From Saccharophagus degradans 2-40 (GTDB lineage Bacteria > Pseudomonadota > Gammaproteobacteria > Pseudomonadales > Cellvibrionaceae), in NCBI RefSeq assembly GCF_000013665.1, contig NC_007912.1, positions 4,399,684 through 4,463,683 of the forward strand: a DNA stretch of 64,000 nt. Direction: 5' to 3'. The translations under genes were made by a program, and so were the position numbers. This document shows, one piece after another, positions 1 to 8,417 of this stretch. The notes below the pieces were generated by a model. It ran no database searches. It saw nothing but the letters and a program-made list of their open reading frames with translations, and was not told the DNA's origin. The first letter of the stretch is position 1, and the number at the start of each line of letters is the position of its first letter.

Positions 1-207
1 GCGGCAGCGCCAGCATCGGCAATGGCGTTGACCTCTGCGTGACCTTCGCCGGCGCGCACGTGGTAGCCCTCGCCCACAATGTTATTCGCTGCATCCACCA
101 ACACACAGCCCACCCGTGGATTAGGGGTTGTGGTGTAAGTGCCTTCGCGAGCAAGTTGCATTGCGCGCGTCATAAAGCGTTGGTCAGCAACTGAATAATT
201 AGACATG
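1..207 (-). CDS. ribD: Riboflavin biosynthesis deaminase/reductase RibD, N-terminal part (gene runs off window start)
   Basis: The reverse-strand translation starts MSNYSVADQRFMTRAMQLAREG...GEGYHVRAGEGHAEVNAIADAG. It carries the cytidine/dCMP-deaminase zinc motif (H-A-E). It is the classic nrdR-ribD neighbour. The start codon is assigned to the reverse complement of 205-207. Confidence 0.7.
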
Positions 208-276
208 GGGTATTTCACAATAGGGCTTAACGGTGCGCCCGCACTGCAGGTGCACCGGCAAACAAAAAATTAGGGC

Positions 277-747
277 TTACTTTATTGGGCTTGGCTTCGG
301 TTTTTGCAGGCGGTCTATCTCCTGCTGGAACTCGCTTAAATCTTGGAAACTACGGTACACAGACGCAAAGCGCACATAGGCAACTTGGTCTAGGCTACGC
401 AATTCTTCCATGACTTTCTCGCCAATCATTAATGACTTAACTTCACGCTCACCCAATGCTTGCAGGTAATGCTTAACGTTTTGCACAGACGATTCAATGG
501 CCTCTACGCTTACCGGCCGCTTCTCTAACGCGCGCTGCAAACCTGCGCGCAACTTCTCTTCGTCGAATGGCTCGCGGGTGCCATCTTGCTTAATAACACG
601 CGGCATAACCAGCTCTGCGGTTTCGAACGTGGTAAAGCGGTCGTGACAGGTTAAACACTCACGGCGACGGCGCACTTGGGCTCCGTCGGCCACTAATCGA
701 GAGTCGATTACTTTGGTATCTGTTTCACTGCAAAAGGGACAATGCAT
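277..747 (-). CDS. nrdR: Transcriptional repressor NrdR (zinc ribbon plus ATP-cone)
   Basis: The translation [70 protein letters not shown] shows the CxxC...CxxC zinc ribbon and an ATP-cone. The ORF track extends to 843, but the conserved NrdR start MHCPFC maps to the ATG at 745-747. Confidence 0.9.
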   Translation of the reverse strand: MHCPFCSETDTKVIDSRLVADGAQVRRRRECLTCHDRFTTFETAELVMPRVIKQDGTREPFDEEKLRAGLQRALEKRPVSVEAIESSVQNVKHYLQALGEREVKSLMIGEKVMEELRSLDQVAYVRFASVYRSFQDLSEFQQEIDRLQKPKPSPIK

Positions 748-907
748 AGCGCTTAAGCTCTTGCTTGGGCAAATTGCGCGCATGATACCACAAATAGCGC
801 CAATTCCGCCCCTAAAGACACGGCAATGCATTGCGCTACACACCCCTTAATTTTGCGCTTATCTGATGTAAATCAAGCCTCTGCTTGATTGCCATTTCGC
901 ACCGCAT

Positions 908-957
908 CACACCTATATATAGTGGCAAAACAAGCTTAAACAACCACATATAGTTAG
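908..957. promoter_or_regulatory. Two NrdR-box-like palindromes in the nrdR/nrdB divergent intergenic region
   Basis: The sequence cacacctatatatagtgg (908-925) and aaccacatatagttag (942-957) resemble the 16-bp NrdR box consensus (acaCwAtATaTwGtgt). They lie ~33 bp centre to centre, immediately upstream of nrdB. Confidence 0.55.
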
Positions 958-972
958 CGCGAGGACAAAGCC

Positions 973-2079
973 ATGCTCGACTGGGACACCCTAAACAACG
1001 CCAAACCCGCCCCTACTGGCACCACAACCGAGCAACCCCGCTCTGCCCTAGCAGGCCAAGCTGCCACCCCGAACGCGCAGGCCCCAGTTTGCGCAAGTGA
1101 CAAACGCGTGATTAACGGCCACACAGACATCAACCAATTAGCGCCCTTTAAGTACCCTTGGGCGTGGGACTTTTTTATAAACGCCAATAAAAACCATTGG
1201 ACCCCACTGGATATAAACATGTCGCAGGATGTGTACGACTACAAACACAACCTCACCGAAGCTGAGCGCCACATGTACGAAAATGTGCTGTCATACCTCA
1301 CCACCTCCGACATTTTAGCCATGCGCAACATTGGCCTTGCGGTGATGGAAAAAATGACCGCACCAGAACTACAAATATACCAAGCCCGCCAAGTGTATGA
1401 AGAAGCCCTGCACACATGGACCTACCAACACTGCATAGAAACCCTCGGCCTTGATCAAGGTGAAATATATAACCGCTACCGCGTGGTGCCAGAAATAAAC
1501 GCCAAAATACAAATGGCCAACCGCAGACTAGAAAGTATTTTGCGCAGCGATATAGACCTAACCGACCCAGACCAACTTAACAATTTTATATTGGCCTATA
1601 TCTTTTTTGCCGCAGTGTTTGAAGGCTGTTGGTTTTACAATGGTTTTAGCCCAATATTTGCTCTGCAGCGCCGCGGTTTAATGAAAGGCACAGCAGAACA
1701 ACTGCAATACATAATGCGCGACGAAACCATGCACTGCGCCTTTGGCATTCAAACCGTATCGCAGATTATTATAGAAAACTGCACCAACATAGATGTAGAC
1801 GCAATTAAAACCATGTGGGAAGAAGCCGACGAAGCCGAGGCAAATTACGCGCGCTATATATTACGCGAGCCAATTTTAGGCTACAGCGCCAACGACCATA
1901 TAGAACAGTTTAGATTTATCGCCAACCGCCGCGCGCGCCAGCTGGGCTTAGAAGAACCCTTCCCGCAGGCTAAATGCGCACTGCCTTGGCTAGATGAGCA
2001 AGCCAATATTCGCAAAGAAAAAAACTTTTTTGAAACCCGAGTAATTGAATACCAAGCGGGCGGACTAGAATGGGATTAA
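973..2079 (+). CDS. nrdB: Ribonucleoside-diphosphate reductase class Ia small subunit (R2/NrdB, Pseudomonas-type with long N-terminus)
   Basis: Supporting motifs are FKYPWAWDFF, an iron-ligand context (EGCWFYNGF...ETMHCAFG), and the typical R2 length and C-terminus. No adjacent nrdA is present in the window. Confidence 0.9.
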   Translation: MLDWDTLNNAKPAPTGTTTEQPRSALAGQAATPNAQAPVCASDKRVINGHTDINQLAPFKYPWAWDFFINANKNHWTPLDINMSQDVYDYKHNLTEAERHMYENVLSYLTTSDILAMRNIGLAVMEKMTAPELQIYQARQVYEEALHTWTYQHCIETLGLDQGEIYNRYRVVPEINAKIQMANRRLESILRSDIDLTDPDQLNNFILAYIFFAAVFEGCWFYNGFSPIFALQRRGLMKGTAEQLQYIMRDETMHCAFGIQTVSQIIIENCTNIDVDAIKTMWEEADEAEANYARYILREPILGYSANDHIEQFRFIANRRARQLGLEEPFPQAKCALPWLDEQANIRKEKNFFETRVIEYQAGGLEWD

Positions 2080-2229
2080 ACACGCGCTAACACTTGATGA
2101 AAGCTGGCTGCTATTAGCCGCGCATAACTCGGGGCCTCGGCGGTGCGCTACACCTTACAAAGCAGAGGACTTACACCTATTAATCTATTCGCCAGCTTCG
2201 CTTGGTGCACTGCCTGTCTTTAACTGTGT

Positions 2230-2724
2230 TCAAATTCGTTTTGGTAATAAATTGACTATTATTCGGCCTTTTACTTTCTCACCTTTTTTGAATGATGATT
2301 TTATAATGAGACTAGACAATTCGACGCTGTAAGTGTGATAACCGGCTTTCTGAACTAAAAGATAAACATCACCACCATAAAATCCAGTGCTTTCTTCGCA
2401 CGATTCTAGACCACCGCTAACTGGATCAAAACCATGCAATTGCAGAATTGGTGATAATTTTGTACCTCCGCTCGCATCGGTAATTCCTTCTACAGCGTGC
2501 TCTGGGACAACACTGTTCCATTCTTCCTTGGTAGCATCACCTTTTCGGCCGATTTTAATAAAACGTACATTAGCTCCAGAAACGTAATTGCTCCACGGCT
2601 CATAAACGGTAACTTCTATCTCAACAGGACCCTCTCCATCCCATTGCATGCCGTCGCACATTTCGTTCGATAAAAGCTGAGATGATATTAATAGTGTAAG
2701 TAAAAAAATAGTTATCTTTCGCAT
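2230..2724 (-). CDS. Small secreted hypothetical protein (signal peptide MRKITIFLLTLLISSQLL)
   Basis: The ORF track has a longer ORF (to 2868). An internal ATG at 2722-2724 is followed by a canonical signal peptide. No recognisable domain is present. Confidence 0.4.
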   Translation of the reverse strand: MRKITIFLLTLLISSQLLSNEMCDGMQWDGEGPVEIEVTVYEPWSNYVSGANVRFIKIGRKGDATKEEWNSVVPEHAVEGITDASGGTKLSPILQLHGFDPVSGGLESCEESTGFYGGDVYLLVQKAGYHTYSVELSSLIIKSSFKKGEKVKGRIIVNLLPKRI

Positions 2725-2760
2725 TGTAGAATTTAACGCCCAGCTAAGCCGCCGGAGCGG

Positions 2761-2835
2761 AGTTGATTGTTTTGTGCCAGCGTAGCTGAAAAGCACAAAA
2801 CGAGCAACGCAGTGGAGGTCGGTTTGAGCTGTTTG
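2761..2835. repeat. Hairpin repeat copy 1 (AGTTGATTGTTTTGTG...CACAAAACGAGC...CAGTGGAGG)
   Basis: Nearly identical 5' half to 4911-4950. It shares the GCACAAAA(C/G)(G/A)AGC...CAGTGGAGG motifs with 6221-6262. The internal inverted repeat is ttgttttgtg/cacaaaacga. Confidence 0.6.
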
Positions 2836-2918
2836 ATACTTATGATGACCTCCTCCTCCGGAGACCAATGGAAACCTTCTAAACTTAAATCACCACAACA
2901 AAAGTTAATTAAAGAAGG

Positions 2919-3975
2919 AGATCATCATATGAGATTTTATACCATTTCCCACAAACATTACTGCGGAATAGATTTGCATACCAAAATGATGTACGTCTGC
3001 ATACTTGATTCTGATGCTAACATACTGATTCATAAGAATATACCTACTAATGGTAAGGCGTTTTTAAAGCTCATAGCCCCCTATCGTGAAGACATTGTCG
3101 TAGGCGTTGAGTGCATGTTTTCTTGGTATTGGCTGGCTGATTTGTGCGCCAAAGAAGGCATCGAATTTATCTTAGGCCATGCACTTTACATGAGGTGTAT
3201 TCACGGCGGAAAGGCCAAAAACGATAAAGTTGACTCGGAAAAAATCGCACGCATTATGAGAGGCGGCGATTTCCCTCTCGCCTATGCCTATCCTGCCGAG
3301 CTTCGGCCTGTTCGCGACCTCATGCGTAGACGAAGCCATTTGGTTCGCATTAAGAGTGAGATTCAAAGCCATATTAGTATCACCAACTACCAATATAATC
3401 TTGAGCCGTTCGACAAAAACATCGTTCACAAAGGTAATCGCGAAGGTATAGCAGATCACTTCGATAACGCTTCTGTACGACTTAATGTTGAAACCGATAT
3501 TGCCGTTATGGACAGCCTTCACGATCAGATACGGAACCTCGAAAACTACATTATCAGGCATGCGAAAGACTACGATGGCCGAATGTTGTACCGATTAAAA
3601 ACAGTTCCTGGGATTGGCGATATTTTGGATTTAACAATCATGTATGAAATTCTATCGATCGATCGCTTTCCAACGGTTCAAAATTTTTGTTCATACTCCC
3701 GTTTAGTTAAATGTGCGAATGAGTCGGCTGGCAAAAAAATGGGGACATCAGGCTCAAAAATAGGTAACGCTCATCTAAAATGGGCCTTTTCTGAAGCGGC
3801 TATTTTATTCATACGTGGAAATGATAAAGCTCAGAAATATGTTACTAAATTAAGCAAGAAGTTTGGCAAAGGTAAAGCGCTGTCCATACTATCTCACAAA
3901 TTAGGACGCGCTATTTATTTTATGATGAAAAGGAACGATGTCTTTGATATGAATTACTTTTTTCGAAATAGTTAA
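2919..3975 (+). CDS. IS110-family transposase/recombinase (DEDD RuvC-like N-domain plus C-terminal Tnp domain)
   Basis: A strong RBS (gaaggagatcatcat) precedes the ATG at 2919. The motifs are MRFYTISHKHYCGIDLHTKMMYVCILD (the typical IS110 N-terminus G-I-D-x-H) and a C-terminus ...GIGDILDLTIMYEI...NAHLKWAFSEAAILFIR. Confidence 0.9.
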
Positions 3976-4145
3976 ATGTTTAGGGTAGCGTGTTTGAGCT
4001 AGCAGGTATAACTAGGGTGCCGAGCATAAAGATCCTAAGCTAAGTTATCCGTTTAAGCTCGAGCTTACTCTTAGCCTGATGAAAAAATGCCAACTCTCTC
4101 GCTTTGATTAGACAGAACACGCTACCCGCCCTACGCTTTTTTGAC
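3976..4145 (+). ncRNA. Candidate structured ncRNA (bridge-RNA-like) immediately 3' of the IS110 recombinase gene
   Basis: A long stem is formed by gggtagcgtgtt (3983-3994) and aacacgctaccc (4116-4127), followed by a GC-rich stretch and a T-run (gccctacgcttttttg). A gtttgagct motif is shared with the element's left flank at 2823-2831. This is structure only, with no expression data. Confidence 0.3.
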
Positions 4146-4469
4146 GTGTGACTGCCCCTTGACTGAGTGATCTATAACTGGATACAAAACACCGTAAGCC
4201 CGATTCTTTGAAGCGCCAGATCCAAGGGTAACCGATAAATTTCTAGTAGCGCCTTAGTAAAGCTAAGGCATCCAGATTACTTCAGCGAATGAAAGCGTCG
4301 AACGTTAATTTGGACTGACTCTCAATAGGTGTTTGGTACAGTTACCACTAAGCCTTCCATGAAATTATCGTCAGTAGAAACATTCAAAATTGCTTTTTTA
4401 TTAACTCTAGGCATTAAACCAAGGGTTTTGGTGAGTTATTGTTCTTTGACAGGTCCGGTCATATAGGTG

Positions 4470-4862
4470 TTAGCAATTGATTGCAGTAAAGTCTTCATAA
4501 CAATGATGAACAAACTCCAAGTTTTTCCCACTACTGAATTTGAATTTGGCAGTGACTTTCTCGTCGCCACCAAAATATTCGATTCCATCTAACAGAAACC
4601 CAATTACTCCATTTAATTCACTAAGGTTCAGCAATACCAAACAACTTCCTATATTGTCGTTTACAGGTTCAGACGGAGATTCCCGCCGCCAAAATATAGT
4701 ACTGCCATCAAAGCAGAGCTTTGACCAGTTAGAATCAAACTTGAAATAGATAGTATTGGCAGGATCGGTTATGGAATCACCTTCCTGATGTTGAATCAGG
4801 CAAAGTCCAGAACACTTTTTCCCAATAACTTCAGGCTCATCGCCATTTAAGTGATACTCCAC
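4470..4862 (-). CDS. Hypothetical protein (130 aa) between the IS110 recombinase gene and hairpin repeat copy 2
   Basis: A plain ORF with no recognisable motif. It is a possible passenger gene of the element. Confidence 0.35.
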   Translation of the reverse strand: MEYHLNGDEPEVIGKKCSGLCLIQHQEGDSITDPANTIYFKFDSNWSKLCFDGSTIFWRRESPSEPVNDNIGSCLVLLNLSELNGVIGFLLDGIEYFGGDEKVTAKFKFSSGKNLEFVHHCYEDFTAINC

Positions 4863-4910
4863 AACTGGTTCCTAGTGTACTGCTAACGCCTATGTAAGAG
4901 GCATTTTTGT

Positions 4911-4950
4911 AGTTGATTGTTTTGTGTTATCAAACACAAAACGAGCGGCG
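4911..4950. repeat. Hairpin repeat copy 2 (AGTTGATTGTTTTGTGTTATCAAACACAAAACGAGCGGCG)
   Basis: Direct repeat of 2761-2803. It forms a perfect hairpin: ttgttttgtgtt / aacacaaaacga. Confidence 0.6.
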
Positions 4951-5000
4951 TAAAAAATGTCCTTCTTGACATATTTGTTATATTTTCTGATACACAGAAC

Positions 5001-6101
5001 TTATTCAAAACTGCAACTATCATATGTTAGATAATTTGGTATTGAATTCATATTTGAGAATGAAAATGATTTTTTTAAAACTTCACTGTTTACTACATCA
5101 GAGTCAGAAAACTGAATAGATGTTAACCCAGCTAGGGATTTAATACTTTCATCATTTATGTAAGATTCGTGAATGTTTTTACTGATATATACATCTTCAG
5201 ATAAGCTGAATATTATAAAATTGATGGCAGCTAACCTCTCAGTCTTAGATAACTTTCGAAACTGCTTGTAAAATGACCGATATCTTTTATCATTTTTGTC
5301 AATAAAGAGCATTATTATACTTTGTGACTCTAAAGGAAAAACTGAAACGTGTAATGACTGTAGCTTGTATTTTTTTGATTTATTGTAGACATTATTAATG
5401 ATGTTATCATCAAGATCAAAATGTAAAGACAACTCACCTTGAAATGCCATTGGGACAGTGTAATCTAGCTTTTCGTAGTAGAATAGGTAGTATTCATCTT
5501 TATAGCCTTTATCTATGATTCGTTTAGCTCGCTTAAAACTCCTGATATATTCATTTAAATCAAGTCTATTTATTTCATTTGTTTCAATAATATATTTTTC
5601 CATAAAACTACCGGTAGAAGCTCCATTGAATCCAGGTATTCCATCTTTCATTTTATCGTACAAAGAAACCTCAAATAGCCGCTTATCTATATTCCTCAAG
5701 TGGTTTTTCATTGCTATTTGAGCGATCATTTTATCTGTTGGGTCATTGATGTAATTATCCTTGTTTTCGTATTCTCTAAATATGGCACTGTCACAATTTC
5801 TACAAATAATACGAAATGTTCCAGAATTATTTACTCCTTTCTCAGAATCAATAAATGGCAACTCTATCAATTCGTTGTTCGTATACAATTCACCGTCTAC
5901 TGAAATATTTCTAAGGAAAGAAGCAGGCACTGAATGAGAATTGCAAAACTGAGTAGTGTCTTTTGCGCAATAGAAACATTTCGACGGTTTAGATTCCATC
6001 CTGCTTATTGAAGATATTTTGCTTTTAAGCTTCCTGAATTCTATTAAATCAGAATTCGATGAACTATCAGAATGGTCGCCTAAATTAAGTAGTTTGCTCA
6101 T
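5001..6101 (-). CDS. AT-rich hypothetical protein with an N-terminal Cys-rich Zn-binding/HNH-like motif (CFYCAKDTTQFCNSHSVP...ICRNCD)
   Basis: A 366-aa ORF with no competing frames. Its GC content is much lower than the surrounding DNA. It has paired CxxC clusters with an intervening SHxVP segment reminiscent of HNH (DHIxP) nucleases. The remainder is Lys/Asn/Tyr-rich and unknown. Confidence 0.6.
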   Translation of the reverse strand: MSKLLNLGDHSDSSSNSDLIEFRKLKSKISSISRMESKPSKCFYCAKDTTQFCNSHSVPASFLRNISVDGELYTNNELIELPFIDSEKGVNNSGTFRIICRNCDSAIFREYENKDNYINDPTDKMIAQIAMKNHLRNIDKRLFEVSLYDKMKDGIPGFNGASTGSFMEKYIIETNEINRLDLNEYIRSFKRAKRIIDKGYKDEYYLFYYEKLDYTVPMAFQGELSLHFDLDDNIINNVYNKSKKYKLQSLHVSVFPLESQSIIMLFIDKNDKRYRSFYKQFRKLSKTERLAAINFIIFSLSEDVYISKNIHESYINDESIKSLAGLTSIQFSDSDVVNSEVLKKSFSFSNMNSIPNYLTYDSCSFE

Positions 6102-6176
6102 AATTACCTTTGGGCTATCGGAATCGAATTTTTCTCAGCGCCAAGAAACCGCGGAAATATAACGCAGAGCTAAACG

Positions 6177-6262
6177 GCGCACAAAGTGGAGCTGCTTTTG
6201 TGCGAAAATTTGCGAAGCAAATGCACAAAAGAAGCGGAGCTTTGGGCGTCCAGTGGAGGCCA
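6177..6262. repeat. Hairpin repeat copy 3 (gcgcacaaagtggagctgcttttgtgcg ... atgcacaaaagaagcggagc...cagtggaggcc)
   Basis: It shares the GCACAAAAG/CTTTTGTGC hairpin and the gcacaaaa-gaagcggagc...cagtggagg segment with the repeats at 2780-2822. It lies upstream of the Y1 transposase gene. Confidence 0.5.
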
Positions 6263-6640
6263 CAGGCCGGAACGGTGTTTTAGCGTTTTGTTATGAGAGA
6301 CCACGAACCATACCTACAACACCTTAAATATTTTATTACCAACTAAATTGATTAGTAACCCATACATGCTTTTGATTTTACTTATAGCCGCGTTGCCTTT
6401 ACACCAAAGCAGTAGCACCAACCTTCTGCGCTTTAAGTAGGATTTGCAAAAAAGCGAAGAAAATACTCGCTAAAATTGCGTTTAGCCTAGTACTTTTTCA
6501 GATGGAATGGAAGTGAAAAACCGAGGAAAAAGCCATCCCATAGCGCATACAAATTCACAAACCCCAGACACCCACTTTAACCATTGACACCCCATTAATG
6601 CAACGCTATAAATAACTGTATATTCAGACAGGAGGTCGAC

Positions 6641-7618
6641 ATGCCCAAACCAAGGAAAATGCAGGTTTCTTTAGATGCCACACCATACTATCACTGCACT
6701 TCACGCTGTGTACGCAGGGCCTTTTTATGTGGCTTTGATATGGTAACCAACAAAGATTACGAACACCGTCGACAATGGGTTGAAGATCGCATTCATTTAT
6801 TAGCCGAGGTATTTTGTGTTGATGTATGCGCCTATGCGGTGATGTCTAATCATTTACATCTCGTGCTGCATATCAATCAGCAAAAAGCTTGTGCACTATC
6901 GGACTTGGAAGTGTGCCAACGCTGGCATCGGCTATACAAGGGGACTTTACTTACTCAACAGTTCGAGCAAGGCAAAGCACTCACTCGAGCCGAAGTTGAG
7001 GCTGTAAAAGCTAGAATAGAAGTATGGCGCGCGCAGCTGCACGATATTAGCTGGTTTATGCGGGCACTTAACGAGCCGATTGCGCGCATGGCCAACGCAG
7101 AAGATAACTGCACGGGGAGCTTTTGGGAATCGCGCTTTACTTCGCAGGCGCTATTGGATGAAAAAGCACTGGCAGCGTGTATGGCGTATGTAGATTTAAA
7201 TCCGGTACGAGCCAAGATGGCCGCTACGCCCGAGGATTCGGAGCATACCTCGATCAAGCTGCGCGTAACGCAGGCGAAGAACAAAAAACAACAACCTACC
7301 TGTTTATATCCATTTGTAGGCAACCCACGCCAACCTATGCCCGAAGGCTTACCATTTAAACTGGCCGATTATTTAGAGCTAGTAGATTGGACTGGCCGAG
7401 CAATTCGCGCCGATAAACGCGGCGCCATTAATACAAGCTTACCCCCTATTTTAAGTCGCCTTGCAATACCTACTGCAGAATGGCTAACACTCACTACACA
7501 ATTTGAACAGCGTGTTTCGACGTTTGCCGGTTCCGAGCGTGCCATTCGGTTAGCCGCCGAGGTATTGGGGTATAAAAAACCTCCTGGTGTGGGGCAGGCT
7601 AAGCGATTTTTTGCCTAG
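6641..7618 (+). CDS. Y1 (HUH) transposase, IS200/RAYT-like long form (325 aa)
   Basis: The HUH motif is SNHLHLVLH. The catalytic Tyr motif is YVDLNPVRAKMA (Y1_Tnp hallmark Y-x3-NPVRA). A C-terminal extension is present. The gene is flanked by hairpin repeats upstream and tandem repeats downstream. Confidence 0.8.
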   Translation: MPKPRKMQVSLDATPYYHCTSRCVRRAFLCGFDMVTNKDYEHRRQWVEDRIHLLAEVFCVDVCAYAVMSNHLHLVLHINQQKACALSDLEVCQRWHRLYKGTLLTQQFEQGKALTRAEVEAVKARIEVWRAQLHDISWFMRALNEPIARMANAEDNCTGSFWESRFTSQALLDEKALAACMAYVDLNPVRAKMAATPEDSEHTSIKLRVTQAKNKKQQPTCLYPFVGNPRQPMPEGLPFKLADYLELVDWTGRAIRADKRGAINTSLPPILSRLAIPTAEWLTLTTQFEQRVSTFAGSERAIRLAAEVLGYKKPPGVGQAKRFFA

Positions 7619-7802
7619 CTCTTTTATTTAATTCTTTAAGACTTTCACCTTTAGTGGTTTCGCTCGTCTTGAGTTTGGGGTTTTGGCGGATGGGTCGTTT
7701 TAGCCCTTTGGCCATACCTTAAAATTCCAGATACTAGCAATTAACTAAACTGATCGAACCGGTGCGCTTGCGTTTCTTCAACGAGTGGGTGTCATGTTTT
7801 TT

Positions 7803-7848
7803 GTGTTTTTTGATGTTTTTTGCGATGTTTTTTGCGATGTTTTTTGCG
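7803..7848. repeat. Tandem 12-mer repeat (GATGTTTTTTGC x3-4)
   Basis: The sequence is tgtgttttttgatgttttttgcgatgttttttgcgatgttttttgcggg. Confidence 0.8.
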
Positions 7849-7879
7849 GGAGCCTTCAACTAGCCTATATATGTTTACT

Positions 7880-7990
7880 AGTGCCTGTCTCGATTAGTAT
7901 TTCGATTAGTATTTCCTGTCTCGATTAGTATTTCTAGTGCCTGTCTCGATTAGTATCGATTAGTATTTTGTCTCGATTAGTATTCTTTAT
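7880..7990. repeat. Complex tandem repeat with core TCGATTAGTATT (about 6 copies) and variable CCTGTC / CTAGTGCCTGTC prefixes
   Basis: Read directly from the sequence. It lies in the convergent intergenic region between the Y1 transposase and the GspG-like gene. Confidence 0.8.
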
Positions 7991-8417
7991 CAACAATTCG
8001 ACCGTAAACAAATTCAAACTGAGGATCTCCATAACTCCATACAAAGGGTAATTCGACTCCGTTTACAGATATATATCCATAATTATATTTTCTTCCCCAA
8101 GGGTCTAGTATCTCACGATCAATATACGGTTCTCCGCCTGATTTACCATTTCTGTATAACACAGACAAACCGACAGCCCCCTCAGGGTACGCTCCAAATT
8201 CATTGCGATAAAAAACAAGAGCTGTTTCGATATTTAGCAAGTCGAAGCGCATCTGTCCCTCAGAGCTTAAATTAAGCTTCGCATAAATTTTCGCTACGAG
8301 TATCCCAAGTGCCAGACCAACAAAAAAGATAAAAATCATTAAACTATTCTTAATCATAATACACTCTGCATATTGGACGATATAAGTGGCCTTACCATAT
8401 TGAGGTTTTGATACCAT
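7977..8417 (-). CDS. GspG-fold (type II secretion major pseudopilin-like) protein that lacks a prepilin leader
   Basis: The C-terminal region ...ALVFYRNEFGAYPEGAVGLSVLYRNGKSGGEPYIDREILDPWGRKYNYGY matches the GspG core (YP..L..L......P.DPWG..Y.Y). The N-terminus is an ordinary TM helix (MIKNSLMIFIFFVGLALGILV) with no G|FTLIE site and no Glu at +5. The likely real start is the internal Met (MIKNSL). The locus is AT-rich. Confidence 0.5.
   Translation of the reverse strand: MVSKPQYGKATYIVQYAECIMIKNSLMIFIFFVGLALGILVAKIYAKLNLSSEGQMRFDLLNIETALVFYRNEFGAYPEGAVGLSVLYRNGKSGGEPYIDREILDPWGRKYNYGYISVNGVELPFVWSYGDPQFEFVYGRIVDKEY

Larger units (their letters stand above)
2761..4150 (+). mobile_element. IS110-family insertion element; ends uncertain. 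It may extend to the second hairpin repeat at 4950 and carry a passenger ORF.
   Basis: It contains an IS110-type DEDD recombinase gene. IS110 elements lack classic terminal IRs. Boundaries are suggested only by the flanking hairpin repeats and a structured non-coding tail. Confidence 0.5.

Noticed and set aside
748-843. N-terminal 32-aa extension of the nrdR ORF
   Set aside because: NrdR proteins begin at the zinc-ribbon MHCPFC. The ORF-track start is a GTG/ATG further upstream with no support.
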